A stretch of 64,000 nucleotides of DNA from Bacteroidales bacterium (GTDB lineage: Bacteria > Bacteroidota > Bacteroidia > Bacteroidales > VadinHA17). The stretch spans positions 875 to 64,874 of the forward strand of contig JBBQJD010000007.1 in NCBI GenBank assembly GCA_038325595.1. The letters run 5' to 3'. Positions 1 through 8,483 of this stretch are shown here, piece by piece (positions within the stretch are counted from its first letter, which is position 1; each line of letters opens with the position of its first letter). The notes under the pieces were generated by a model. It saw nothing but the letters and a program-made list of their open reading frames with translations. It was not told the DNA's origin and did not search any database. A program made the translations under genes and the position numbers.

Positions 1-404
1 CTTCTGAGGAATATAAATCTTTCAATATCCCTGGTTCTGTCAATGTACCATACAAGGATTTCCTCAATAATGATCCGGCTGTTTACCTGAACAAGGGAAA
101 TATCAAGACTATCTTTTACTCCAATGGTGAACTGGATGCTTCCTATGCCGTAACGATTTCAAGGGGTATGAAACATAAAAATGCGTTTGAGATGAAAGGA
201 GGTCTCAATGAATGGTTTAATACTGTTATGAACAGCAGCTTTACAGGAGAAAAAATATCAGCCAGACAAAATGCTCTTTTTGAAACCAGGACAAGGGCAA
301 GAAAACTGTTTACTGAAATTAACAGTATGCCCGACAGCCTGAAAACCAAATACATGGAAGCAAAACATATAGCTGCCATGAAACTTGACGGAGGTTGCGA
401 ATAA
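1..404 (+). CDS. Rhodanese-like domain protein, C-terminal part (5' end lies outside the window); catalytic Cys position appears to be Ser
   Basis: Frame 3 is open from base 3. Translation ...FNIPGSVNVPYKDF...IFYSNGELDASYAV...EMKGGLNEW fits rhodanese landmarks. Track ORF 168..404 is only the tail from an internal Met. Confidence 0.55.
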   Translation, partial: SEEYKSFNIPGSVNVPYKDFLNNDPAVYLNKGNIKTIFYSNGELDASYAVTISRGMKHKNAFEMKGGLNEWFNTVMNSSFTGEKISARQNALFETRTRARKLFTEINSMPDSLKTKYMEAKHIAAMKLDGGCE

Positions 405-458
405 CCTGAAAGCGAGATGAACAAGTAAGATAAGAAGTAATAATCAAGAAAATCCCGG

Positions 459-908
459 ATGAGCTTTATAAAAAAATACAGATTCATACTGGCTATTGTA
501 GTGCCAATATTGATATTGATAATTTTCAGGGCATATGGTTCAGATAATTTTAAGCCGGATGCCGGAAAATGGGCTGCCCCATCTTTAACAGGAACAAATC
601 TTGTATCCGCCGAAAATTTCTCCTCTCTTCATGGCAAAAAACTAATTATCATTCTTGACAATTCAAGGTATTCAAACTTTGCAGACGGAATTTCCTGTAT
701 TATTCCCCCTGATTCAATATTGCTTAAGACCAATATTAAATTGATGAAGAAAAACGACGGCCCTATTCTCCTGGTTTCGTCCGAAAGCTCTTCTGCTGCA
801 AAAATCTGGATGATCCTCAGCCAGATGGGAGTAAGATATCTCTACATTCTGGGTGAACCTGAGGTGTTAAAATATGAATTCCGGCCCGACACAATAGCCA
901 GACCGTAA
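459..908 (+). CDS. Membrane-anchored rhodanese-like protein, probably catalytically inactive
   Basis: 149 aa with an N-terminal TM helix (FILAIVVPILILIIF). The rhodanese-like core has LLVSSESSSAAKIW where the Cys loop would sit, with no Cys. Confidence 0.45.
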   Translation: MSFIKKYRFILAIVVPILILIIFRAYGSDNFKPDAGKWAAPSLTGTNLVSAENFSSLHGKKLIIILDNSRYSNFADGISCIIPPDSILLKTNIKLMKKNDGPILLVSSESSSAAKIWMILSQMGVRYLYILGEPEVLKYEFRPDTIARP

Positions 909-931
909 TCAATATCCTTTTAAGAATCGAA

Positions 932-1978
932 TTATTTTACCACTGGAAAATCGTTTACATCCTCATTAGTAAACGGGAGCCACGACAAGGCTTTCCTTTC
1001 CCTGGTCATTTTATCATACATAAAACCATTATTGCCATAACTCAAAGTCCTGGCATCATAGCCAAACAATCTCAGGTAAGCTGTAGCAAATCCTGAATTA
1101 TGTCCGGTTCCGCAATACACCACCACAGTTTTATCAACAGGAATGGAAGCCATCTCCTCAGTGAAACCAAGTGTTGCTTCAGGTTTATATCTTACTGCAC
1201 CCGGAATGTGCCCGTCTTCGTATTTATCCTTTCTTTCCAGGTTTATAACATAATATTTCTTAGGATCGCTGAATACGTCATCTGATGTTATAAGGATCTT
1301 ATCAGTCCCTTCAGAAAAAATTTTTCTGAACATTGCTGTTCCTATCTCTGCTCCTGTTGAAAGCTCTGTGTTAAGTTCAGGCATTTCCTTTGCAGCAGGA
1401 TGCTCATTCGACTTATTCTCCAGAGCTGTTTCATATTTTCCGGAGACGCCTTTTAACCAGCCATCCTTTGCATAACTGCTGTTCCAGGCACTCATCCCCC
1501 ATCTCATCGCATAAACGTTGCCATATCCCATTAACCGCAGAAGCGAGGTTGTAAATGCTGATACCTGCCCGTCATTGCAAACAATTACTATTTTATCGAA
1601 TTCAAAGGGCTTTATTCCTGATTCAAAGTAATCCGGCAGATTTTCAAATCTCTTGTTCACAGCACCTTTTATATGGCCGTCGGAGAATTGTTTAGGTGTC
1701 CGTAAATCAATGATATGCAGATTATTACCAAGAGACTCATAAACGATTGAAGCTTTTATCAGCGATGGAAATTCCTTGCTGTTGACATAATCACCATTTT
1801 CCACCAGATCCTTTAAAAGCAATGAAGTTTCGTTGCCAATAACTGCAGGATCTTTTACTTCAACCTGCTTAACTGTTGTTTCCTGTTTCTGTTCGCCTTT
1901 ATTTCCTGAGCAGCCAGCTGAAGTTATCAGCAAAATGAATAACAGGCCTGACAATACATTGTATCTGATTTTTTGCAT
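932..1978 (-). CDS. Lipoprotein with two tandem rhodanese domains (sulfurtransferase)
   Basis: Lipobox ITSAGC. Two DGHI(K/P)GAV motifs and two Cys loops (CNDGQVS, CGTGHNS). Start moved to the Met preceding the signal peptide (MQKIRYN); the track start at 2008 is also possible. Confidence 0.75.
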   Translation of the reverse strand: MQKIRYNVLSGLLFILLITSAGCSGNKGEQKQETTVKQVEVKDPAVIGNETSLLLKDLVENGDYVNSKEFPSLIKASIVYESLGNNLHIIDLRTPKQFSDGHIKGAVNKRFENLPDYFESGIKPFEFDKIVIVCNDGQVSAFTTSLLRLMGYGNVYAMRWGMSAWNSSYAKDGWLKGVSGKYETALENKSNEHPAAKEMPELNTELSTGAEIGTAMFRKIFSEGTDKILITSDDVFSDPKKYYVINLERKDKYEDGHIPGAVRYKPEATLGFTEEMASIPVDKTVVVYCGTGHNSGFATAYLRLFGYDARTLSYGNNGFMYDKMTRERKALSWLPFTNEDVNDFPVVK

Positions 1979-2087
1979 GTATATATTAAATTTTATGACT
2001 ATCGGCAATCAATAATAAGAAAGTAAAAACAAAATAATAATAGTTTTATAATGTTAATATTCAAGTACTTCCATTTTATATCAAATA

Positions 2088-2168
2088 ACCCCCTTTCCCG
2101 TTTCCCCCAAGGGGGAAAAGCCTGCCTTGGTGCTCCTTCCCCCGTGGGGGAAGGTTGGGAAGGGGGTA
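2088..2168. repeat. Nested inverted-repeat element with C5/G5 hairpins
   Basis: Outer arms ACCCCCTTTCCC / GGGAAGGGGGT enclose hairpins TTTCCCCC-AA-GGGGGAAA (2101-2118) and CCTTCCCCC-GT-GGGGGAAGG (2135-2154). Also contains the CCTTGGTG word. Confidence 0.8.
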
Positions 2169-2216
2169 ATAACTATTCAACAATTATCATTTTATTCATG
2201 ATTCCCGATACTCATA

Positions 2217-3278
2217 TTAAATTTTAACAGGAACGCGGTCCTTGTTATATCTGATTGTTTCGGTCCGATTACCGAGATTGTCATACTTGTGCTCAATTAT
2301 AGCGACACCATCCTCAGGATCGTTTGTTATATTTCTGTCTTTATCCATATTCCTGACCTCAATGACAGCACCATGTTCATCGTAGATATTCTGGGTGACA
2401 GGAATACTGTTTCCTGAAACATATTCATCATCCTGATCATAAACTGCCGTTTCAAGCACATAGCCGTTTTCATCAAATTTGCTGACACGTTTTGACCATC
2501 CAGCATACAGGTTTGACATTTGTCCGAATACATTGAAAACTGAAAAGCCCTCAAGATCACCATGTTCGTTAGGTACAAATGTAAAGTATGAAACTCCTAT
2601 ATCGCCGCAATTCTCTGCTGTACAGTTATAAAGTGTATCGCCCATGTAATTTGCCATCCTTGTTACGTATCCTTTGTCATTATAGGTGAATCGCAATTCA
2701 TAAAACGGACAGAAAGGATTCATGATTGTTTCCTCATTTGCCAGGTTATAGCGAAGTTCCCTGACCATCCCGTCAGGAAGAATGCTCCATTTCCATGAAT
2801 GAATCTTGTTTCTGTTTTCAATCGGTGTTCCGTTTTTATTATAGAACTTCAGACCAGTGCGGTTTCCATTCTGGTCAAGGGTGTACTCAGCTGTATAAAC
2901 TCCTGATGGTTCAACAGGCTGATTATCTTTGTCAAAATAATGCCTGATCTGCTTATCATCATTGTATTCGTATGTTATTTTTGCTGCACCCATGGAGGAA
3001 TAGTCAAGCAAAACATCATTTCTTACAAATTCCACTGATAACAGCCTCCCGGAATCATCGTATGTAAATTTGTATGCGTTAACTGTTTTTGCATCACCGG
3101 CACTTATAGGATGATTTCCTTTTTCTGTGTCATAGGGAGATTCACTGAATTGAAGATTTCTGTAGTACTCAATTCCCGCATGCTGGTTTGTCCGGGCTGG
3201 TTTGCCGGTGCATGAAACAATAACAATCCCAAGTACAACTGACAGGATCAACAGTGTAGTAATTCTACTGATTTTCAT
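2217..3278 (-). CDS. Lipoprotein of unknown function with YD/RHS-like repeat motifs
   Basis: Signal peptide plus lipobox (IVSC). Recurrent Y-x-YD-x-x-G-R/N-style segments (YTLDQNGNRTGLKFYN, HKYDNLGNRTETIRYN). Confidence 0.5.
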   Translation of the reverse strand: MKISRITTLLILSVVLGIVIVSCTGKPARTNQHAGIEYYRNLQFSESPYDTEKGNHPISAGDAKTVNAYKFTYDDSGRLLSVEFVRNDVLLDYSSMGAAKITYEYNDDKQIRHYFDKDNQPVEPSGVYTAEYTLDQNGNRTGLKFYNKNGTPIENRNKIHSWKWSILPDGMVRELRYNLANEETIMNPFCPFYELRFTYNDKGYVTRMANYMGDTLYNCTAENCGDIGVSYFTFVPNEHGDLEGFSVFNVFGQMSNLYAGWSKRVSKFDENGYVLETAVYDQDDEYVSGNSIPVTQNIYDEHGAVIEVRNMDKDRNITNDPEDGVAIIEHKYDNLGNRTETIRYNKDRVPVKI

Positions 3279-3530
3279 AGCTTCTGGTTTGATTAATTTT
3301 TATATTTAATGATAATATCAGGTCTGCGTTGAATGCCAAATCCATGACCGCAAAGATCGAAAAAGATTTGTAGATTAATATAATTCTAAGCAAACCAGGT
3401 TAAATTAAGTGAACTTTCACGGTGAAGACTTTCACAGACAGCCCATCAGGGATTATAAACAAGCAAGTTACCGGAATGTTTAATTTAAGGCGATAGAATA
3501 TCGTTCCATTGTGACGTTGCCCAATTTATC

Positions 3531-3538
3531 TATCTTTG
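3531..3538 (+). promoter_or_regulatory. Candidate Bacteroidota -7 promoter box (TAnnTTTG)
   Basis: TATCTTTG lies 23 nt upstream of the ATG at 3561. The -33 element is weak. Confidence 0.3.
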
Positions 3539-3560
3539 TTTTCCTTTTAATTCTACTATC

Positions 3561-4160
3561 ATGGATACCCCATTTTTTCAGTCAGATCTGTTCAGCTACG
3601 TGCTGATGCCTTTTTTAATTTTCCTTGCACGGATATGCGATGTATCCATAGGAACAATGAGGATAATCTTTGTAACAAAAGGGAAACGAAGCATTGCTCC
3701 CATACTGGGTTTCTTCGAAGTTCTGATATGGATAACCGCAATCAGTAAGATAATGCAGAATCTTGATAACTATATAAATTATGTTGCCTATGCTGCAGGT
3801 TTTGCTACGGGTAATTTTGTCGGGATGATCATCGAGGAGAAGCTGGCAGTGGGAATCCAGATGATAAGGGTCTTTGCACATGAAAGAGGATCCGAGCTTG
3901 TTCAGACGCTCAACAGCAGCGGATATGGAGCAACTGTGGTAGAAGGATTCGGAGCGAGAAAGCAGGTTCATCTTATATATACAATAGTACAAAGGAATGA
4001 GCTTGCAAGCGTTCTTGATGTCATAACACGGTTCAATCCAAAGGCGTTTTATACGATTGAAGATGTCAGGTCGGTAAATGAGGGTATCTTTCCTCATAAA
4101 TCCAGCAGTCCGGTATTTCCTTTTGGCAATATAATAAGGCATTGGAGGAAGGGGAAGTAG
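3561..4160 (+). CDS. UPF0316/DUF2179-family membrane protein
   Basis: N-terminal TM region followed by a soluble C-terminal domain. The stretch GTMRIIFVTKGKR...FEVLIW...GMIIEEKLAVG resembles UPF0316 proteins. Confidence 0.65.
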   Translation: MDTPFFQSDLFSYVLMPFLIFLARICDVSIGTMRIIFVTKGKRSIAPILGFFEVLIWITAISKIMQNLDNYINYVAYAAGFATGNFVGMIIEEKLAVGIQMIRVFAHERGSELVQTLNSSGYGATVVEGFGARKQVHLIYTIVQRNELASVLDVITRFNPKAFYTIEDVRSVNEGIFPHKSSSPVFPFGNIIRHWRKGK

Positions 4161-4210
4161 CTGGGTGCTGGATGCCGGGTGCTGGTAATGGGTGCCGGGA
4201 AGCGCCCCTG
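4161..4210 (+). repeat. G-rich short-word tandem repeat abutting a stop codon
   Basis: GGGTGCTGG / GCCGGGTGCTGG / GGGTGCCGGG words start at the base after the TAG at 4158-4160. Four GGG tracts. Confidence 0.8.
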
Positions 4211-4266
4211 TTTAAAAAATAGTGTGAAGTACCAAATATTTTTCTAGATTTGAAAAAAAGATATCC

Positions 4267-5190
4267 ATGAGCCAGATAGAGAATCATCCGCTTTACAAGA
4301 AACATAGCATAGACACTGCAATTAATTCACTATGGGACTTTTATAAGACCAGGTTCATTTCATTATTTCTGATCTCCCTTGGAATGTCGCTTGCTATTCA
4401 GTATGCATCAACTTTTGTGAATCTGAAGGAATTGCAGGCAATAAACGATCCGATGGTGATGGTTGAAAAATTTAAGGAATACCTCGTGCCGATAGTAATC
4501 ATTTTCCTGTTAAACCTGCTTTTTTCTACAATATTTCAGTACTATATATTATACAATCCCATAGACAGTTCTACCAGCATTTTTGTTTCAATATTTAAGG
4601 GATTCAGGTATTATATTCCATTTTTAGTTATCATGGTAATCCTTGCTTTTGTGGCATCAATAGCTATAGTTCTGGGACTGCTGGCACTGATTATTGGTGT
4701 TTTCTTTTCAATGATATATGTTGTAATGCTTTATCTCTTCATACTTCCGATACTTATGGTTGAAGGACCGAATATCGCCAATACAATCAGAAGAACTGTT
4801 ACCCTGGGACACAGAAATTTCTGGTCAAATATTGGCTGGGTGGCAGTTTTTATCATTCTATTCATTGTGATCTCTTTAATCCTTTCAGGCATAATTCTTA
4901 TTCCTTTTACAGGAAGCTTCCTTAAGAGCATTATAAATCCCGAAGAAGCCGAAGGGATTGTCGATGTAACGACAAAACCTTTGTTTCTTATACTTTCAGC
5001 AGTTGTAAATGCCATTACACTCCCGCTGGTACCAATATTCGCATGTATATTGTATTTCAATGGCCGTGCCGGAGAGGCACAAACTCAGAATATCAGCCCT
5101 TATGAACCTGAAAACAGGATAAGGGTTGAAGATCTTTATGCAAAACCCTGGTCAGAAGATCATCCTGACAATCCTGCAAATAAAAATTAA
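4267..5190 (+). CDS. Polytopic membrane protein, unknown function
   Basis: 307-aa ORF with about 6-7 hydrophobic helices. The antisense ORF is short. Confidence 0.55.
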   Translation: MSQIENHPLYKKHSIDTAINSLWDFYKTRFISLFLISLGMSLAIQYASTFVNLKELQAINDPMVMVEKFKEYLVPIVIIFLLNLLFSTIFQYYILYNPIDSSTSIFVSIFKGFRYYIPFLVIMVILAFVASIAIVLGLLALIIGVFFSMIYVVMLYLFILPILMVEGPNIANTIRRTVTLGHRNFWSNIGWVAVFIILFIVISLILSGIILIPFTGSFLKSIINPEEAEGIVDVTTKPLFLILSAVVNAITLPLVPIFACILYFNGRAGEAQTQNISPYEPENRIRVEDLYAKPWSEDHPDNPANKN

Positions 5191-5217
5191 GAAACAGACT
5201 TAGCAAGCATTCCGGCA

Positions 5218-6021
5218 TCATTCAACGGGCAGATCGTTCTCTCCTTTAACATATCCGAAATTTGCGAGTATACCTCCGTCAACAAAAAGGATATGACCGT
5301 TTACAAAATCACTCGCTTTTGAGGCAAGGAAAAGTGCAGCATTGGCAACATCCTCCGGTTCACCCCAACGTCCTGCAGGGGTGCGTGTCATTACAAGGTC
5401 ATTAAAAGGATGACCATTTTCCCGAATTGGAGCAGTCTGTGATGTTGCTATATAACCAGGACCAATACCATTAATCTGTATATTGTATTTGGCCCATTCG
5501 CATGTCATGTTCCTGGTCAGAAGCATGAGTCCTCCTTTGGCAGAAGCATAGGCAGAAACTGTACTCCTGCCGTATACGCTCATCATAGAGCACATATTAA
5601 TAATTTTACCGCTTCGGCGTTTGATCATGCCCGGGACAACTCTTTTGGAAATAATCAAAGGAGCTATAAGGTCTACATCCAGCACCTGCTTGTACTCAGA
5701 AATCTCCATACTAAGTATGGGTATCCGTTTGATAATGCCTGCATTATTTATCAGTATTTCAACCGGACCCATTTCTTTTTCAATTATAGAAATCCCTTTA
5801 TCAACATCTTTTTCATCTGTCACATCAAATTTGAGTGTAAAGACTTCCAGCCCTTTTTTCCTGAAGGCTTCCTTACAGCTCCGGAGCTTTTCATCCTGCA
5901 GATCATTGACACAAACTTTTGCTCCTGCTTCACTGAGCAATAAACCTATGGCTAGACCGATACCATGAGTACCGCCTGTCACCAGTGCAACTTTCCCGGT
6001 CAGATCAAATAAATCTTTCAT
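5218..6021 (-). CDS. kduD: Short-chain dehydrogenase, 2-dehydro-3-deoxy-D-gluconate 5-dehydrogenase / gluconate 5-dehydrogenase type
   Basis: TGGTHGIGLA Rossmann motif and YASAK catalytic motif. Lies directly downstream of kduI. Confidence 0.65.
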   Translation of the reverse strand: MKDLFDLTGKVALVTGGTHGIGLAIGLLLSEAGAKVCVNDLQDEKLRSCKEAFRKKGLEVFTLKFDVTDEKDVDKGISIIEKEMGPVEILINNAGIIKRIPILSMEISEYKQVLDVDLIAPLIISKRVVPGMIKRRSGKIINMCSMMSVYGRSTVSAYASAKGGLMLLTRNMTCEWAKYNIQINGIGPGYIATSQTAPIRENGHPFNDLVMTRTPAGRWGEPEDVANAALFLASKASDFVNGHILFVDGGILANFGYVKGENDLPVE

Positions 6022-6053
6022 AATGTAAAATGTTCTATTCTAAAATTATTTCA

Positions 6054-6212
6054 AGTGCCTAGAGTGCCCAGAGTGGTATACTCCCTTACTTTAAGTACTC
6101 TAAACTTTAGTCCTCTAAATATTTCGCAACTAACTAGTAATCTTGGATATATAGCCTACTTTAGGTGCAGGGGGCTAACTCTGAGTACTCCAAACTTTAG
6201 CTCACTCCAAAC
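6054..6212. repeat. Short-word tandem mosaic repeat
   Basis: AGTGCCTAGAGTGCCCAGAGTGG, then ACTCTAAACTTTAG / ACTCCAAACTTTAG / CTCCAAACTC words. Abuts the kduI stop at 6213. Confidence 0.75.
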
Positions 6213-7049
6213 TCATTTTAACGTGTCCGGTTGCCTCACATCCATATCACTGTAATCAAGATTTTCACCTGCCATACCCCAGATAAATGTATAATTTGAT
6301 GTCCCGGCAGCACTGTGAATGCTCCATGATGGTGATAAAACAGCCTGTTCATTTTTCATCCATATATGACGGGTTTCGTCAGGATCGCCCATGAAATGGC
6401 AGATTCCCTGTTTTTCAGGCACTTCGAAGTAAAAATATGCTTCCATACGTCTGTTATGTGTGTGAACTGGCATTGTATTCCAGACGCTTCCCTGTTTAAG
6501 CTCAGTCATTCCCATTTGCAGCTGGCATGTTGGTAAAATGCTGTTTACCAGCAATTTATTAAGCACCCTGTGATTAGCAGTCTCGGGACTTCCAAGTATC
6601 ACCACTTCAGCATCAGCGACTGTTATATGTCTGGAAGGGTATGTTCTGTGTGCAGGGGCTGAGTTAATGTAAAGCTTTGCAGGATTTTTCGGATCGTCAG
6701 ATTTGAAAACAACCTCTTTGGTTTCACGACCCAGGTACAAAGCTTCTTTATAACCGAGCCTGTAAGTCATATCAGCTGTTTCAATCACAGCACTGCCACC
6801 CACATTGATCATACCCATTTCCCGCCTCTCGAGGAAGTATCCTGCTTTAAGGTCATCGGCTGAAACAAGCTTCAAAGGTCCATTTACAGGCATCGCTCCA
6901 CCTACCATATACCTGTCGTACAATGAATATACAAGTGATATTTCATCAGGAATGAAGACCTGTTCAATAAGGAATTCCTTTCTTATCTTTTCAGTATCAT
7001 ATTTCTTAAAATCCTCAGGATGAGAGGCATATCTTAAATTAACTTTCAT
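6213..7049 (-). CDS. kduI: 5-dehydro-4-deoxy-D-glucuronate isomerase
   Basis: 278 aa. The N-terminus (YASHPEDFKKYDTEKIRKEFLIE...) and cupin core are typical of KduI. Confidence 0.88.
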   Translation of the reverse strand: MKVNLRYASHPEDFKKYDTEKIRKEFLIEQVFIPDEISLVYSLYDRYMVGGAMPVNGPLKLVSADDLKAGYFLERREMGMINVGGSAVIETADMTYRLGYKEALYLGRETKEVVFKSDDPKNPAKLYINSAPAHRTYPSRHITVADAEVVILGSPETANHRVLNKLLVNSILPTCQLQMGMTELKQGSVWNTMPVHTHNRRMEAYFYFEVPEKQGICHFMGDPDETRHIWMKNEQAVLSPSWSIHSAAGTSNYTFIWGMAGENLDYSDMDVRQPDTLK

Positions 7050-7080
7050 ATCTATTTATTTAATAATTTCCATTCTATTA

Positions 7081-7160
7081 CTCTGAACTCTAAACACTTA
7101 CCTGAAACCTGAAACCTGAAACCTGAAACCTGAAACCTGGAACCTGAAACCTGAAACCTT
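7081..7160. repeat. Heptamer tandem array (CCTGAAA)n with a leader word
   Basis: About 8 copies of CCTGAAA at 7101-7158 with one CCTGGAA variant, preceded by CTCTGAACTCTAAAC. Ends 2 nt from the GH105 stop. Confidence 0.9.
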
Positions 7161-8306
7161 TTATAGTATCCCCTTATCAATCAGCCTGGTAATTTCAGTT
7201 CCTGCCATCAGGAAACCTCCCACTCCATATACTTCGGTCATTTCCCTGGTCACACTTTTCGGATCAGCACCGATTGGCTGAATGAAGCCAACCTTTCCAT
7301 CGGGCCATATTGATGATACCATAGATTTCCATCGCTTTACCACTGCCGGCAGGTATATTTCCTTTTTCAGATAACCATTATTGATACCCCAGGCCATGCT
7401 GTAAACAAAAAAAGCTGTTGCACTCATTTCAGGATTGGGATAACTATCGGGATCGAGCAGGCTGGCATGCCAGAATCCGTCTGCAGATTGCAAAGAGAGT
7501 ATCTTTGCTGCCATTTCCTTATAGATATTGACGAAGTAATCCCTGTGCACGTATTTTTTTGGCAGCTCGCTGATAATAATCGGAAGTCCGGCCAGTACCC
7601 ATCCATTGCCCCTTCCCCAGAAAACTTTTGCGCCATTGGCTTCCTTCATAACAAAATACCTTGAATCGCGATAATAAAGTGAATCCTCTTCATCATATAA
7701 ATAATCAGTAGTCGCCTTAAATTCCTTATACATAAAGTCACGATACTTTTTTTCGCCTGTAACGCTTGCCATTTTTGCCCATACAGTTGGCCCCATAAAA
7801 AGAGCATCACACCATGACCAGCGCTGGGTAGGGAAATATTCATCAGTATAGACAAATTCAAGGTCACCCCTGGCCGGATCTTTCATAATATGGTCGAGAT
7901 ATGACCGCATCGGAGCAATCATCCTTTTATCTCCATATTTGCGAAATAATTCTATGTATGTCTGCCCTACGCAGTAATCGTCAGCATGATAGCGGCCGAG
8001 AGGATTTTCAGGAATTTTGTATGTCCAATCATTGGCTTCAGCTATTCCCTTTAGCCATTCGTAATACTTTTCCGTGCCTGCTATTCCTGCCCATTCAATC
8101 ATTCCTGCATATAATGCTGCATTGGTCCAATCTATAGAATGATGTTCAAGAGGAGTGCTTAACTGCCAGTCAGCGACAGTTTTCAATACAATTTTAATGT
8201 CTGCTTTATTCAGATCAGTGCTGAACGAGCTTTTCTGAAACTGAGATTCCGCGGAAAGCGAAATGATCAGGAAAAGAATGATCAGGAACCATTTTTTGTT
8301 TTTCAT
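7161..8306 (-). CDS. Unsaturated rhamnogalacturonyl hydrolase (GH105, YteR-like), secreted
   Basis: Signal peptide. WGRGNGWVLAG motif and overall GH88/GH105-like sequence. Confidence 0.8.
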   Translation of the reverse strand: MKNKKWFLIILFLIISLSAESQFQKSSFSTDLNKADIKIVLKTVADWQLSTPLEHHSIDWTNAALYAGMIEWAGIAGTEKYYEWLKGIAEANDWTYKIPENPLGRYHADDYCVGQTYIELFRKYGDKRMIAPMRSYLDHIMKDPARGDLEFVYTDEYFPTQRWSWCDALFMGPTVWAKMASVTGEKKYRDFMYKEFKATTDYLYDEEDSLYYRDSRYFVMKEANGAKVFWGRGNGWVLAGLPIIISELPKKYVHRDYFVNIYKEMAAKILSLQSADGFWHASLLDPDSYPNPEMSATAFFVYSMAWGINNGYLKKEIYLPAVVKRWKSMVSSIWPDGKVGFIQPIGADPKSVTREMTEVYGVGGFLMAGTEITRLIDKGIL

Positions 8307-8425
8307 TTTTAAATAACTAAGCTATAATATTGAAAGAAGAATTATTGATTTACAAACCTCATTGTTAAACTTAATTGTGTCAAACAAAATTAAATATTCT
8401 TGATATATTGAATTGAAATTCATAA

Positions 8426-8445
8426 TTTCGTGATCGTTAACGAAA
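8426..8445. promoter_or_regulatory. Candidate LacI-family operator (20-bp imperfect palindrome)
   Basis: TTTCGTGATCGTTAACGAAA pairs at 8 of 10 positions and has a CGTTAACG core. Sits in the divergent GH105/uxaC promoter region. Confidence 0.4.
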
Positions 8446-8483
8446 CATCAAATTTAGCTATTTTTTATAATCAATATAAAAAG

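Noticed and set aside
3279-3560. tRNA, SRP RNA or another housekeeping ncRNA in the larger gene-free gaps (3279-3560, 39121-39427, 40310-40622, 51192-51460, 63084-63475)
   Set aside because: I found no cloverleaf-compatible acceptor/T-arm pairings and no conserved ncRNA boxes by eye. The gaps look like AT-rich promoter regions plus the repeats already listed.
3615-4142. Long antisense ORFs in the track (for example 3615..4142, 19287..19826, 24706..25155, 42108..42530, 52902..53330, 58192..58758, 59835..60236, 63527..63793)
   Set aside because: Each lies fully inside a longer opposite-strand ORF that has clear family motifs. Their translations are low-complexity or composition-biased with no recognisable motifs. 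63527..63793 is antisense to the MoeB/ThiF gene, which the track misses because it lacks a stop.
6055-6255. Track ORF (66 aa, +) reading ...LTLSTLNFSPLNISQLTS...
   Set aside because: Its periodic amino-acid pattern is a direct product of translating the ACTCTAAACTTTAG-type word repeats. There is no start context or homology. The same applies to 13046..13306 (-), which spans the repeat at 13127-13290.
7101-7158. Possible CRISPR array or other spacer-containing repeat
   Set aside because: The unit is only 7 bp, there are no spacers and no cas genes. It is a simple microsatellite.
8430-8483. GTG start at 8430 for uxaC, and similarly extended track starts at 17426 (uxaE), 32963 (cysN), 62250 (FNR-like) and 21183 (TIM barrel)
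   Set aside because: The extensions overlap upstream genes or an operator-like palindrome and add residues not expected for the families. Internal ATGs at 8484, 17507, 33050, 62154 and 21135 give conventional N-termini or signal peptides.
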